A stretch of 34,446 nt of DNA, taken from Octopus bimaculoides (taxonomy: Eukaryota). Where the stretch lies: positions 66,491,408-66,525,853 of the forward strand of contig NC_068987.1 of assembly GCF_001194135.2 (NCBI RefSeq), in the 5' to 3' direction. Positions 1-12,110 of this stretch are shown here, one piece after another. A program made the translations under genes and the position numbers. How positions within the stretch are numbered: position 1 is the stretch's first letter; every line of letters begins with the position of its first letter. The notes beneath the pieces are model-generated. The model was not told the origin of the DNA, did no database searches, and saw only the letters and a program-made list of their open reading frames with translations.

Positions 1-28
1 ACAAATGCAAAGCAAAAATCAAACATAA

Positions 29-61
29 AATAATAATAATAATAATAACAACAACAACAAC

Positions 62-126
<65 letters not shown>
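29..126. repeat. (TAA)n microsatellite with a short (CAA)n insert
   Basis: Direct reading: taataataat... interrupted by caacaacaa at about 48-63. Confidence 0.97.
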
Positions 127-127
<1 letters not shown>

Positions 128-138
128 GTCAGTATTAA

Positions 139-353
139 CCCTTTCTATTATAGGCACAAAGCCTGACATTTTTCGAGTGTGATGGAGCTAGTTGATTTCT
201 TCGATACCGGTGCTAGGACTTATTCCATCGGCCCCGAAAGGATGAAAGGCAAAGTCTGCCACGGCAAAATGTGAACTCAGAGCGTAAAGACGGTTGAAGT
301 GACGCTAAGCACTTTTGCTCGGTGTGCTTACGATTCTGCCTGCTCACTGCGTT
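139..353 (-). mobile_element. tRNA-derived SINE family A, copy 1 (diverged, near full length)
   Basis: Collinear with the copies at 2968-3171 and 20110-20323, sharing the core CCCCGAAAGGATGAAAGGCAAAGTC and TGAACTCAGA. Flanked by an imperfect direct repeat, AAGTCAGTATTAA (126-138) / AAGTCAGGAATAA (354-366), a candidate TSD. Confidence 0.85.
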
Positions 354-360
354 AAGTCAG

Positions 361-1763
361 GAATAATAATAAAAAAGAAACGGAGACTTGAAATTCAATT
401 TGAAGTATTTAACAGAGATAAATGCAATAAATGGAAAGAACGTGTTGAAAGAAAGACACGGGAAAGAGCACCAAAGAAAGTACAACATTAGACACAAATG
501 GCTGCAGGTAGGTAGAGAAAGGATAAGACAAAAAATTAAAGTAATATCACGTAAAAGAAGTTAATAGTAACAAGGAATACACCAATTGCGGCAGAACAAG
601 CTCTCTAGAAATAAAGAAAGGGAACTTTACCAACAGCTGAACAATGAGAATGAACATGAAGGGAATGACATGCCAAGTGCTAAAATAGCAAGGGAATTCT
701 GGTTAGAAATCTGAACAACGATATTGAAATTAACAGATGCAGACTGGTTGTGGAAATGTAAATATGAAATGGAAAATAGGTCAAAACAAGAGAATATAAA
801 GTTGCAGATAAGAAGATGAAAAAGATGCTTTAGGCAATACCAAACTGGAAAGTCTCTGGACCAGATGATGTTCAAAAATTTTTCAAAAATCGTTTAAGTA
901 TGCACAACCATATAAAATCGTTTGTTATTTTCTGTTTTGAAAATGGAACACCAGCCCGGAGAACAAAAAGAGAAACAATTGCACACAGGGGAGGACATAG
1001 AAAAAATTCAAGTCAGTAATTATAGACTTATTACGTGCTTATCGTTACTCTGGAAATTATAAACTGGCCTCATAGAAGATGAAGAGTATAACCTTCCGAA
1101 AAAGGAAAACCTATTAACAGAGGATCAAAAGGGGTGCAGGAAGAAGTTAAGGGGTACTGCTGATCTGGTGTATATCGATAGTATGATATTAAGTGAGATA
1201 CGAATACCAAAGAACTTAGGTGTTCGATGGATAGACTACAAGAAAACTTACTATAATATTCCATACACTTTCGTTTTAGATTCCATGAGAACATGCTGGA
1301 TAAATGAGAAGATAAAGAACTCATTTGAAAGTTGAACTAAAATGCGCATATGAATCGTTAAGAAACATGAAAATACGCAGAAGATATTCCAGGGAGACTT
1401 GCTCTCCCTCCATTACGTTTCCTCCTTGTGTCAACGCTTTCGACTATTATATTGAAAAAAATCCAGGTCAGCCTGTAATCTTCCCAAAACGATGGTGGAA
1501 ATAAGTCATCTGTTATATATATACATCACCACAAACTTGTACGGAAAACAGAAAAGACTTGGATTCTCCAATCGAAACAGTAAGACTATTTATCAAGGTA
1601 CTGGTATGCAGTTTTGGGTTAAAGAATTTGGAGTTTATTTAGAGAGAGAGTGTGAAAGATTTATTCTGACAGTATAAAATTTACTACAAATGTTTCTCAT
1701 AGATCGATGTGAAATAATGAAGGACAAATGTATCTAAGGTTATTGCAGGGCGATAGAATAATC
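361..1763 (+). mobile_element. Decayed reverse-transcriptase region of an RLE-class non-LTR retrotransposon (R4/Dong-like), 5'-truncated, frameshifted
   Basis: Ordered RT motifs across frameshifts: PNWKVSGPDDVQ (840), YRLITCLSLLWKL (1021), LLTEDQKGCRKKLRGTADLVYID (1111), WIDYKKTYYNIP (1228), IFQGDLLS (1384), ISHLLYIYITTNLYGK (1501; the YMDD position is destroyed), YLRLLQGD (1731; YLG-like). Confidence 0.88.
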
Positions 1764-1887
1764 TTTTCTATTAAAGGCACATGGCCTGCAATTTTGGCGG
1801 AGGAGGTAAGTCGATTACATCAACTGGTACTTATTTATATCGGTCCCAAAAGAATGAAAGGCAAAATCGACCTCAGAGGAATTTGAA
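1764..1887 (-). mobile_element. SINE family A, copy 2 (3' half only, head missing)
   Basis: GTCGATTACATC..CTGGTACTTATT..CCCAAAAGAATGAAAGGCAAAATCGACCTC..GGAATTTGAA matches the family core. It ends the RT remnant. Confidence 0.8.
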
Positions 1888-1961
1888 GCCTGCTCAACGA
1901 TTAAATAATGAAAACAGATATGTTACAAAAGGGAGCTAAAGAAGAATTAAGATGGTGAAAG

Positions 1962-1968
<7 letters not shown>

Positions 1969-2034
<66 letters not shown>
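1969..2034. repeat. (GA)n microsatellite
   Basis: Direct reading. Confidence 0.98.
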
Positions 2035-2038
<4 letters not shown>

Positions 2039-2419
2039 TAAGCGGAAGAGCAATATATTGTTTGAATAGGAGGAAATTGGACGACCATTAGTTGATAAAC
2101 TGTTGGTGACAAAAAATATCTACTCATAATTTGAAACGTGTAGTTTCCGAATAAGTAGGGTCGTTCAGACCTCACCCGACGAAGGGGATGTTCCAGATGC
2201 TTTATGAACGCAACACTTTCCAATAAGAGGATTGGAAAAGTGGTTGAAATCATAGGATTCTCGGAACTGTCCAAGTCACGATGTCTTACCCGGATGTTAA
2301 TAGTTTGCTCTTATTTGTATGATCGTTAGTGTATATGAGCGTTTTCATTTGCAATTCTTTTAGTGATACGTAGATACCAATATACACATGGATTTTAGTT
2401 ATTCAATCTAAATATTCAT

Positions 2420-2542
2420 CATGCTTTATCATATTCTACATATTGGTTTTCATCGTGGTTTGGTGACAAAATGTCTCCTCAAACCTCAAGAATCGTTCTT
2501 GGGATATTGCAGCATACAGGATAATACTTTTCTGCAGAGAGC

Positions 2543-2543
<1 letters not shown>
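2420..2543 (-). mobile_element. Extreme C-terminus and 3' UTR remnant of an RLE-class non-LTR retrotransposon
   Basis: The minus strand reads SLQKSIILYAA-(frameshift)-RTILEV* (stop at 2479-2481). This is the terminal helix pattern also seen as IQKIALLGIAHILRKTL at 29.1 kb. The 5' junction abuts (TAA)n on the element strand; the 3' end is not resolved. Confidence 0.5.
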
Positions 2544-2611
<68 letters not shown>

Positions 2612-2647
2612 CNNNNNNNNNNTTGTTCTTCTTCTTCTTCTTCTTCT

Positions 2648-2694
<47 letters not shown>

Positions 2695-2739
2695 TTCTTC
2701 TTCTTCTTCTTCTTCTTCTTCTTCTTCTTCTTCTTCTTC
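2543..2739. repeat. Compound microsatellite (TTA)n-(TTG)n-gap-(TTC)n
   Basis: Direct reading; 10 N at 2613-2622. Confidence 0.97.
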
Positions 2740-2896
2740 AACTTTGTGTGCTATGCAGATGTCCTTTCTTTTTCAGTGCATACCGTGTATACTTACATTT
2801 TATTATTATTATTATTTTTTTATATGTTAATCCCCACACTTTATATCTGTCCTTGTACTGGCCCCTCATCCTTCGCTTTTGTGGCAAATAAATGAA

Positions 2897-2943
<47 letters not shown>

Positions 2944-2967
2944 CATCATTATAATCATCATCATCAA

Positions 2968-3171
2968 GGCGGGGAACAAGCAGAATCGTTAGCACGCCGG
3001 AGGGAATGCTTAGCAGCATTTCGTCCGTCTTTACGTTCTTATTTCAAATTCCACAGAGATCAACTTTACCCTTTATCCTTTCGGGGTCGATAAAATAGGC
3101 CCCAGTTGAATACTGGTGTCGATGAAATCGATTCATCCTCTTCTTGCCCTTGTGGCAAAATTTGAAACCAA
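2968..3171 (+). mobile_element. SINE family A, copy 3 (sense orientation, with (TAT)n tail to about 3228)
   Basis: Starts GGCGGGGAACAAGCAGAATCGTTAGC (A-box-like), has TTTCAAATTCC at 3042-3052 (B-box-like) and the core CCTTTATCCTTTCGGGGTCGATAAAATAGG, and ends AAAATTTGAAACCAATATTATTATT. Confidence 0.88.
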
Positions 3172-3228
<57 letters not shown>

Positions 3229-4594
3229 CACGGTCATTATCTATCTTGCTCCTCCTCGTTCTTCTCCTCTTCCTACTACTAGTATTACTACTATTACTAC
3301 TACAACAAGCACTAACATCTGCTGCTGCTGCTACTACTGTTGCTGCTACTGCTGCTGCTACCGCCACTATTAATATGTTTGTCGTCGTCGTCGTCGTCTT
3401 CGTGGTCGTCGTCGTCATCATCATCATCACAATTACCATCATCAACATCATCACCGTCTACATAACTATAAACCTACTACATCTTGCGGCAGGAAGTTAT
3501 CTTCTTCTTGCTATGACTGTTAATTTTTAACGAATTATTATCAGAGAATATGTTACCATCTCTGCTAACAGAGTCTTCATAATGGCAAACTAGAAGCAAT
3601 AACATCAAGCAGAGGCAGCAGAGGCAGCAGCGACAGTAATAGCAACAGTAGTAGTCTATTGATGCCATGCAATTACTGTATAGATGCAGCAACGCCACTA
3701 GCAGTTGCACTATCGGCAGTGAATGTTGTTAAGTGAAATGCATGTTGCATGTCAAGAGTTGCTTGCTTCAGACAAAAGCTTCCATTGTGTTGAGGAATTC
3801 GGTCATAGTATTAATATTCTTATATGAACACGTTCTATACATGTTGAAGGCTACCTCCACTACCATAACTTAACACCAACCATTACCACTAGCTACTACA
3901 CCGTGACTACCACAACGACTTCAATTAATGCTGCGAACATTATAGACTTACAACTATCACCACAACTACAACTACCACCACCACAGCCACCACCAGTACA
4001 ACCACAACCAACACCACCACTATCACTACTGCAACCAAGGCAACAATAACAAAAACAACTATCGCCACAACTAGAACCAGCACCATCACTACCAACAACA
4101 ACAACACCATCACAACTGCAACCACTACAACNNNNNNNNNNNNNNNNNNNNNNNNNNNNNNNNNNNNNNNNNNNNNNNNNNNNNNNNNNNNNNNNNNNNN
4201 NNNNNNNNNNNNNNNNNNNNNNNNNNNNNNNNNNNNNNNNNNNNNNNNNNNNNNNNNNNNNNNNNNNNNNNNNNNNNNNNNNNNNNNNNNNNNNNNNNNN
4301 NNNNNNNNNNNNNNNNNNNNNNNNNNNNNNNNNNNNNNNNNNNNNNNNNNNNNNNNNNNNNNNNNNNNNNNNNNNNNNNNNNNNNNNNNNNNNNNNNNNA
4401 CCACAAAAAACTCATCACTACCACTACCAACACACGAACTATCATCTCCACTTCTATACAACATCACCACCATATCAACATACAGCATAAACTATACACA
4501 ACCAACATTATTGAAAAAATGTCACCACTACCTACCCACAATTTTCACCACCACCATAATTTAGCACTAACTACTACTATTGTTGCTGTTGCTG

Positions 4595-4648
<54 letters not shown>

Positions 4649-4910
4649 TACTACTACTACTACAACTACAACTACTACTACTACTACAACTACAACTACT
4701 ACTACTACTACTACTGTAGTCATTGCTGTTGCCACTGCCGCTGCTGATTTTGCTGCTGCTACTGCTGCTGCTTCTGTTGTTGCTGCTGCTACACTGCAAC
4801 CATCTCCACTCTAACACCATTCTCTAACATGAATTAATTACCAACACATTACCGCCCAAACCACCACCACTATTACCTTCACCACCACCATCTTAACCAT
4901 CTTCACCATA
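3172..4910. repeat. Patchwork of pure and degenerate trinucleotide arrays (TAT, CTA, CTG, GTC, CAT, CAC, CAA) around a gap
   Basis: Direct reading; gap 4132-4399; pure (CTA)n at about 4598-4650. A few short unique spacers lie at about 3480-3850. Confidence 0.85.
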
Positions 4911-5263
4911 TATTAGTTGTACTACAACTGAAACTATTATATGTAGTGATCCGTTAGCCTCTCTTGACCAAAAGTCTGTTTCCGCAATATCTTCATTTGG
5001 TCTTATTGGAAGATCCGCATCAATTGTGATTGTAGACATCCACACAGAAGTGCCATTTCCGGCGGCAGTTCTGGTGCTAGATTTTCGTCAGTTTTATTGT
5101 GTGTCCATACCATGTCTTTTTTAGACTCTTGCTTGATCAAAGTTCCAGAGGGAACAATCACATGCAATGCTCTACCAGCATTTAACATAGATGTAAACAG
5201 ATATCGTGCCTCTGTTACCAGAGTCCATTTACCGGAACAGCATTTCTTCCGAATCCTCTAAAC

Positions 5264-5660
5264 CAATGTTACTCGACCATCTCTTATCTATGGACCCCTT
5301 TGATTAGTATTTTATTCTGGTGGACCCATAGCCAGTTGATTTTTAAAGACTAGTTTTATAGAAACTTCTTTCAAAATTCCTATTTGGTTTTAAGAACATT
5401 AACTTAACATTAACATTAGCATGTGTTAATTAAAATTAACACATTAACATTAATATGTGTAGACAGAACCGTGTAAAATGTTAGAGAAAGAAACCTAGCT
5501 GTTTCTTGTAATATATAACAATACACACATCTAAAACAAATTTTTTTCAGCGTCCATAAAATACTGTTGTGAATACCCAATTTACTATTTTGCTACGTGA
5601 ACCCACGAAAAATTGATATAGGCCCTGAGGGAACATATGGACCCCGGTTGAGAGCCATTG
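5264..5660. mobile_element. Non-autonomous hAT (Charlie-like) MITE
   Basis: Degenerate TIRs CAATGTTACTCGACC (5264) and the reverse complement of the right end, CAATGGCTCTCAACC (11/15), resembling CAGTGGTTCTCAACC. Subterminal TGGACCC repeats three times. The 8-bp flanks CTCTAAAC / CTCTTATG partly match each other and the NTCTARAN hAT target. No ORF. Confidence 0.6.
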
Positions 5661-8600
5661 CTCTTATGTGCCATGCGGAGTACGTGGCTCACCCAGCTGA
5701 GACTGTTGGAGAAGTACGAAGAAACCAGAATCTAATTACCATGGCTAGTTAGTTTACGATCCTTCTCATACTACAAGCTGGTAGGCGTTACGACGACGTT
5801 CTTGTCGTCGTAGATGTCCCATGTATCACTGCTGTCAAGCCGTGTACTGAGGAGACATATTTCATAGAATGCAACATTTGTGTGCACTGACAGTATGCTG
5901 ACAAACCAGGCTCTCTTTGTTGAACTCGCTAGGGTTGGAACTGGGCATCCAACAAGTTTGTTGATTTCAGTCTCAAGAGAAATTCTTGACAGCGAGACTG
6001 TTGATGGCGGAGTCAAATTACTAATAGGCTCTTATGAGACTGCTCATATGGCATTGTAGATTTGTAGTTAGCACTCCGTATGTGTTATCAGTGCTCGCGT
6101 CATCTATAAACACTACTACTGCTGCTGCTGCTGCCCCCTCCTCTTCCCCTCCTCCCACCTCCGCCTCCTCCTCCTCCTCCTCCTACTACTACTACATCAA
6201 TCACCGACGATCATCTCTCATGTATTCGACCGGGTAACAGTTAATGTAATCATTCTAATATATCGACCAAAATTACTAGCATTACTAACAAGAACAACGC
6301 CATTTCTAACTCAAATAATAACCAGATTTTCTCACGTTATATCGTACTTTCTATGTAAGTAAGTACAGGTGATACTGTAATGTACATATCCATAAAATGT
6401 CTGTCGGACACCGCTGGGATGTCTTTGATTCATCAAATATGATCTGGCACCAACAACAATAACAAAAGAACATAAACAATAATCATCACCACCAACAACA
6501 ACCCGACCACTGCCAACGACACGAAGAGTAACAACACCATTCTCTGTACTATCAGCCTATTTTTCTCTACGCCTGTAACATTTTCCTCAATAGCCAAATT
6601 GGAGCCAGACAAAGTGGACTCTGTTAAAACACCAAATACTCTTCTCCTCTGTACCTATTGTTGATGGTATGTATCGCACTATTGCTAATAGTTGATGACT
6701 GATGCCGGAATATTCTTGATCGAGGAGTGGGTTCAACCTATTTAAACTGTTACGCAACACTTTGTTCTATCCTGATGGTGTTCCATAGTTTAGTGTAATT
6801 TCAGTTGTGCATTTCATTACTATTGCTTTCGTAGTGCTGCTATTTCTGTTCTCCAGTCCTAAGCTATCTTTCATAAGGTGTATAGAGGGTGAAAGACACT
6901 TTTTAAAGCCTTACCAGTTACTTCTTGCAAGTCTAGCGATGGCATATGGACTTTCACATGACTTCTCCGTCCAGAAATTGGGTTATTGTTTGTAGTGTTG
7001 TTGATATTGCTGCTGCTACTGCTGCTGTTTAACAATAAATAATTACAATAATGCAGACCCTGATCAGAACCGTTCCAGACGTGAACATACCGCATTTTCC
7101 CTTTGAGTTGGATATTCAAGATCACTTTATCCAACATGTAATTTTTTTTAAGACGGAAGGGTCGCATCTGAGTGAGTTGGTAATGATTCTTTTATCAGAT
7201 GAGTAACAATCGAGCAACTACAGAAAGCAATCTCTTTAGTTCTTCATAGTAATCGCAGCGTAACTGAAGTCAATATAAATTAATGCAGACAAGAAACCAA
7301 ACTGTGATCCCGATTAACGAGAGTGCTTTCCACTTTCGTTCCTTTTCCAGGAAAATTGCATCACAGAACGTTGTGTAAATCATTTACGAGAAACAAAGGA
7401 ATTCATTTGGTGCTCTCTCAAACTATAGAAATGACAACAAATTTTCTCACAAATTACCTTTTGTCGAGCCATGTAAATAAGAGGACATTAGGCAATGCAG
7501 TCACTAGAAAGCGAAGAGAAACACTGTATGCTCGCAGCTTAATGCCTGCAATCATAGGGGAAATGGATCAAGGCTGACCTGGGGTTAAATAAAAGCAGTA
7601 GTAAATATCTCGAGCACATTGAAATAGTTCAACAATGAAAGAATATATCCAGTCTGTTACTATATTGGCGGTATTAGTAAAACTTATTTTCATTCATGTG
7701 AGACTATATCAAAGATACTACGTCTATTACTGCACAGTAATTTCAATTTTAAACACTAAGTACATGCTTACAACTTAGATAGCTACCGTTTCCTCACCGC
7801 ACACAGAAATTTTAATTTTGCAAATAATTCTAATAGTCTAGGTTTAGGTAATTGCTTATGGAAAAGCAGTTTCATTTCCTAATATATTTTTAAAAGTAGG
7901 TTTTTCATAAAAGCGAAAAAGAAACTTCAAATTTCAAAATATACTCATAAAACCTAGTAACAAAATTAAATTTTTAAAAAATCTCAACTTTAACGAGATT
8001 TTTTAGTTGCTGAGTGAGGGAAAACTGTTGCATTATGAGATGGATATAGCGTAAACGTTTTCATGCTATGTAAACAGCGGTAAACTAATCACCCATTTGT
8101 TTCTTTGTTTTTATATTCGCCTTTATAGTTTGACGTGCTGGAATATGCTGGAATATGTTGATGACAAAATAATTAGGATTGCTTTTGAAAGCATTTTGAA
8201 CGTATTAAAATTTTGTGAAAAGTAAAGTGACACCCAAAATTTCATCAACGGATTCTGGAAATTGTTTAACGAAACTAAAGTTTAATCCTACTATATGGAG
8301 GTACCATTAACCGTAAACAAGACTAATTCTGACACTTTTGAAACGCAGTTATTTTATATTTTTTCTCAAGTGCTTTGTGGCATATTATAGACCATAATCT
8401 CACTTCATTCCCCACGAAAACAGACTGCAATACTAGCTAATTGTGCTGATGAAGTCACATCAATGCCTTTGTCCTGGAATTTGGTTTTTTCTCCACATTC
8501 ATCTTCATGACTGTCCTTCACAATGTTTCTGCTTGTAACTGATAATTTGAGAGCCGTTTTATATTAAAAGTCCATCACGTCACTTAAACTACTGAGGTAT

Positions 8601-10697
8601 GTCACTGCTGACTGGCATTTCATAACCTCACTGTCATAGACAAGTAAACACTTTCTAAGTCTCTTGCTGGATTACTCCGAGAATACTTTGTAAAAGTATA
8701 AAAAAAAACGCTACGAACACAAGAACATTAATAGCCTCAGCAGTACACCACCACCAGCAACCCTCCACTACCAGCAACCCCACCACAATCAATCTCACCA
8801 CCAGTAAGCCACCCCCACCAAATACTACCATCAATGATAAGAGAAACACTTGCAACATCATAACAAAAAATACAAGGGTGCGTTTTACGAGCATCACACT
8901 CGTATAACATAACTCGTACAACGTAACGTTATAAACACAGACACTGTTTTCTTGGTTACAGAACACTTCAGAATTTAGTCTACAAATTTATGTAAAAGAC
9001 AAATGTTTCTAGGCAATGACTTCCATAATTTTCATATAGGATGATCATACGTGAGGCCATCTCTCATACAGAAGCTATAAGAACTACAAGGTATTGTGGG
9101 TAAGGTTATTTCTGTACCGATTAAGGGAGAACTATGAGATAAAATTAATTTTCATTTCCTCTAGTGACGTCTTACTATCCTTGACTAACCCGGTTTTAAC
9201 CTAAGATGCATTGCAATATTACCCTTCGTGTCTTTTTGATGACAATCTAGAAATACATGATGTAATGGGTTATTTCTTTTCCAGGACGGCAGATACGTGT
9301 CGTGAAAGAATTCGGTAGGACTTTCTAGCAAAGTACAAGTACTCTGATAACTTTAGTTAATACCATTGGTTTTGTTTCGTGTTGGCGAGGCTATACGAGT
9401 TGCTAATGTCTGAACAAGTTGCTCTTTTAGTCTAATGCTTTCCTTTTGTTATCGCTGAAGGACACTTATACAGGTGATGTTGTTCATGCTAGGGAGGTGG
9501 TCAGAGAGACACGTTGTCAACCATGGACTGGTCAATACAATTCTGTCATTTTAAATCAGCTTGTGAATACCCTAATCAATATATGCTCCTTTCCTTTATG
9601 TTGGAAGAGTGTCATTTGACTGCTACATTTAGCAGACTGAGTTACCACGTAGTAGCTGCTTAGATTACTCTGGCTCTATCGATGTTGTTCTTATTGTTGA
9701 GGAGTTATTTGTAATACAGCTGTTTTGTAAACAAATTTATACAATAAACGAAGTAATTAAACACAAAGTCTTAGCATCTAGTTGGGTATGTATGGGAGAG
9801 AAAATGCTTACACGCGTGTGTAATTGCGTATGTGTTTGCAGTTTTGAGATTTTGTATGTGTATGCGTGTGTGAGTGTATGTATGTGTGTAATTTTGCTAA
9901 GTGCTGTATACTGTAGTATTGCAGCATAATGTAATGCTTGGAGCAGTTCCAACACATTCTTGTTTCAGTTGAATGCCAGATTGTGCCTCAAGATAACGAC
10001 TTACTTCAATATTTTCTTAATTTTCTCAATGTTTTCTTATGAATTCGCACATTTTCGTCTGTAAATGTGTAGAGGTAGGAATATTGCCAGCATATTTGTA
10101 CTAATATATTTGAAAATAGTAGAACTCTGCTGTTGATAGCCATGGTGGTGTTGTTGTTGTTTACTTTTAAAATATATGCTATGGGTGTAATAAATTATGA
10201 TGACCGCCCAAATGCAATTGCGTTGGTCTTCTTGCTGTTGTTGAAGACTGCACCTTGTAATCACAGGGTTATATAATAGTGCCAAGAAAATACATCAATT
10301 ATCTTATCAATTCACAAACTGGATAAAAGCATTACTAAGCACCGCCGAAAAGTCATGGGACGTTGGTATTATCCTGGAGAGATTTTCCGGCTTGTGTACA
10401 TATCTCATTTCGGCTCAGTATTTTTTTAAAACTAATAAGAATAAACACCATGCATTTAACATTTCTAAATCTATATAAATCAGAAGTATATCTATACCAG
10501 AAATTCATTCAGGTCTCCCACGTCCATTCATACATGTGTATGTGTGAGTTTGTGTGTAGCATGTATATACGTATAAGCAGATGCACATATAATGTATGTC
10601 TGTATGTGTGTATGTGTGTGTGTGTGAATTTATGTATAAATATACATATATACACACACACAAAAATGCATTACATCTCTCTCTCTCTTTCTTTATA

Positions 10698-10724
<27 letters not shown>

Positions 10725-10728
<4 letters not shown>

Positions 10729-11208
10729 TAATAGTTATCGCCAAGCCAACATGGCAGCCCCAAAAATAGGACGAATGCTGCCGTGGATTAGCTCCAAGAG
10801 GCCATCGCCTCTAGCTAGCTATGTGACACACGAACCTGTGTCCTTGGCGATAACTATTAATATCCAGTAGCGCTGCCGTAGTCTCTTTTAGAGAGACTTA
10901 GAAATATTAATATCTCTATTTCTGAAAACCAGTGCATGTATTCCACTGAAATTAGATAAATAACCATCCTACAGACAGTCAGTAGCGACGCCTGCTGGGT
11001 TCGGCTGCTCTACATTGACAAGGGGCAATACCCTGATACTAGTCTAGTCTGCAGATGCCAAACCCGCAAGGGGAAGCTGCTGACCTCCCCTGTTCGAAGG
11101 TTATAGAGAACACAGTTTCGTGTGTCACATAGCTAGCTAGAAGCGATGGCCTCTTGATATCTAGTACCGCTGCCGTAGCCTCCTTTAGAGAGACTTAGAA
11201 ATATTAAT
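10725..11208. repeat. Nested inverted and direct repeat structure
   Basis: Perfect 21-bp inverted repeat 10725-10745/10843-10863; 46-bp inverted repeat 10795-10840/11111-11156 (44/46); 52-bp direct repeat 10860-10911/11157-11208 (48/52). Confidence 0.93.
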
Positions 11209-11227
11209 CTCTCTCTCTCTCTCCCCC

Positions 11228-11285
<58 letters not shown>
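11206..11285. repeat. (TC)n(TA)n compound microsatellite
   Basis: Direct reading. The same compound order recurs at about 10676-10727, 18626-18712 and 23430-23481. Confidence 0.95.
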
Positions 11286-11287
<2 letters not shown>

Positions 11288-11621
11288 GTACAGGGCGTTA
11301 CCAACTGTATAAATAGCATGAAATACGAAATTGAACCTGTGCTTAAGCACGTACATACATATATGTTAGTAGTTGTATGTTCACTAATCATCCGTGACCT
11401 CTTTCAGGGATCACTCTTTTGTCATCGTTTTAGCTTTGTCTTATGTTTCCTCTAGATTTATGGCTTTATGGTGTGGGTGTGGGTGTGTTTAGGGTGTGAG
11501 ATGTAGTTCTCTACTGTTGAGAGGAGGCCTGGGAATAGGGTAGGTGTGTGAGAGAATATGTGTGTGTGCATGTGTGTGTGTGTGTGTGTGTATCTGCGCG
11601 CGTATGTATGTATGTATGTAT

Positions 11622-12110
11622 GTCATTGTTCAGTTTAATTTCAAGATTCCTCGCCAATAGAGAAAGAACCGGTTTCTAACCTAGATCCAAGGTTCCACCA
11701 TTGGAATTTCAACATCAACAACTGGGTATTTTTATTTGTATGTATGTATATGTGCAGATTTGTAGGTTTTGCTTTATGAGTGTATACTCATACATATCGT
11801 TGCATATCTTCACATACTCATATATATTTAAATGGTAAACTGGAAAGTTATACAGATTTTTAGAGTTCCAGTGATAGATTGGATCTGTAGTCTTTGAATT
11901 AGCGTTCTTCTTTCTGGTTTTGATGAGCCTCATTTTTCATGATTGTAATTTATTCAGTGTGTTACATATCCCAAGCCCCAAAATGTTACAGGTATAAACC
12001 TGAACCTGCAGTCTGGATAGAGTAACTGCAGATTTCTCAATAGCTCAGTTTAGGTATTCCCTTTTTCACTGTTCTTCAGCTTCATGATAACATCCGCTCG
12101 GTAGCCAATT
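11622..12110 (-). mobile_element. 5'-truncated RLE-class non-LTR retrotransposon (endonuclease C-terminus plus full 3' UTR) embedded in (TATG)n
   Basis: Minus strand: IGYRADVIMKLKNSEKGNT*TELLRNLQLLYPDCRFRFIPVTFWGLGYVTH...PERRTLIQRLQIQSITGTLKICITFQFTI* (stop 11828-11830). FIPV..GLG parallels TIPIIVGPLG at 28.97 kb. The 3' UTR ends AATTAAACTGAACAATGA followed by (CATA)n, and the 5' junction at 12110 also abuts (CATA)n. Confidence 0.8.

Noticed and set aside
2421-4820. Supplied ORFs with poly-L/K/S/F/N/I/T/V tracts
   Set aside because: They are translations of trinucleotide microsatellites and N gaps, open in several frames on both strands.
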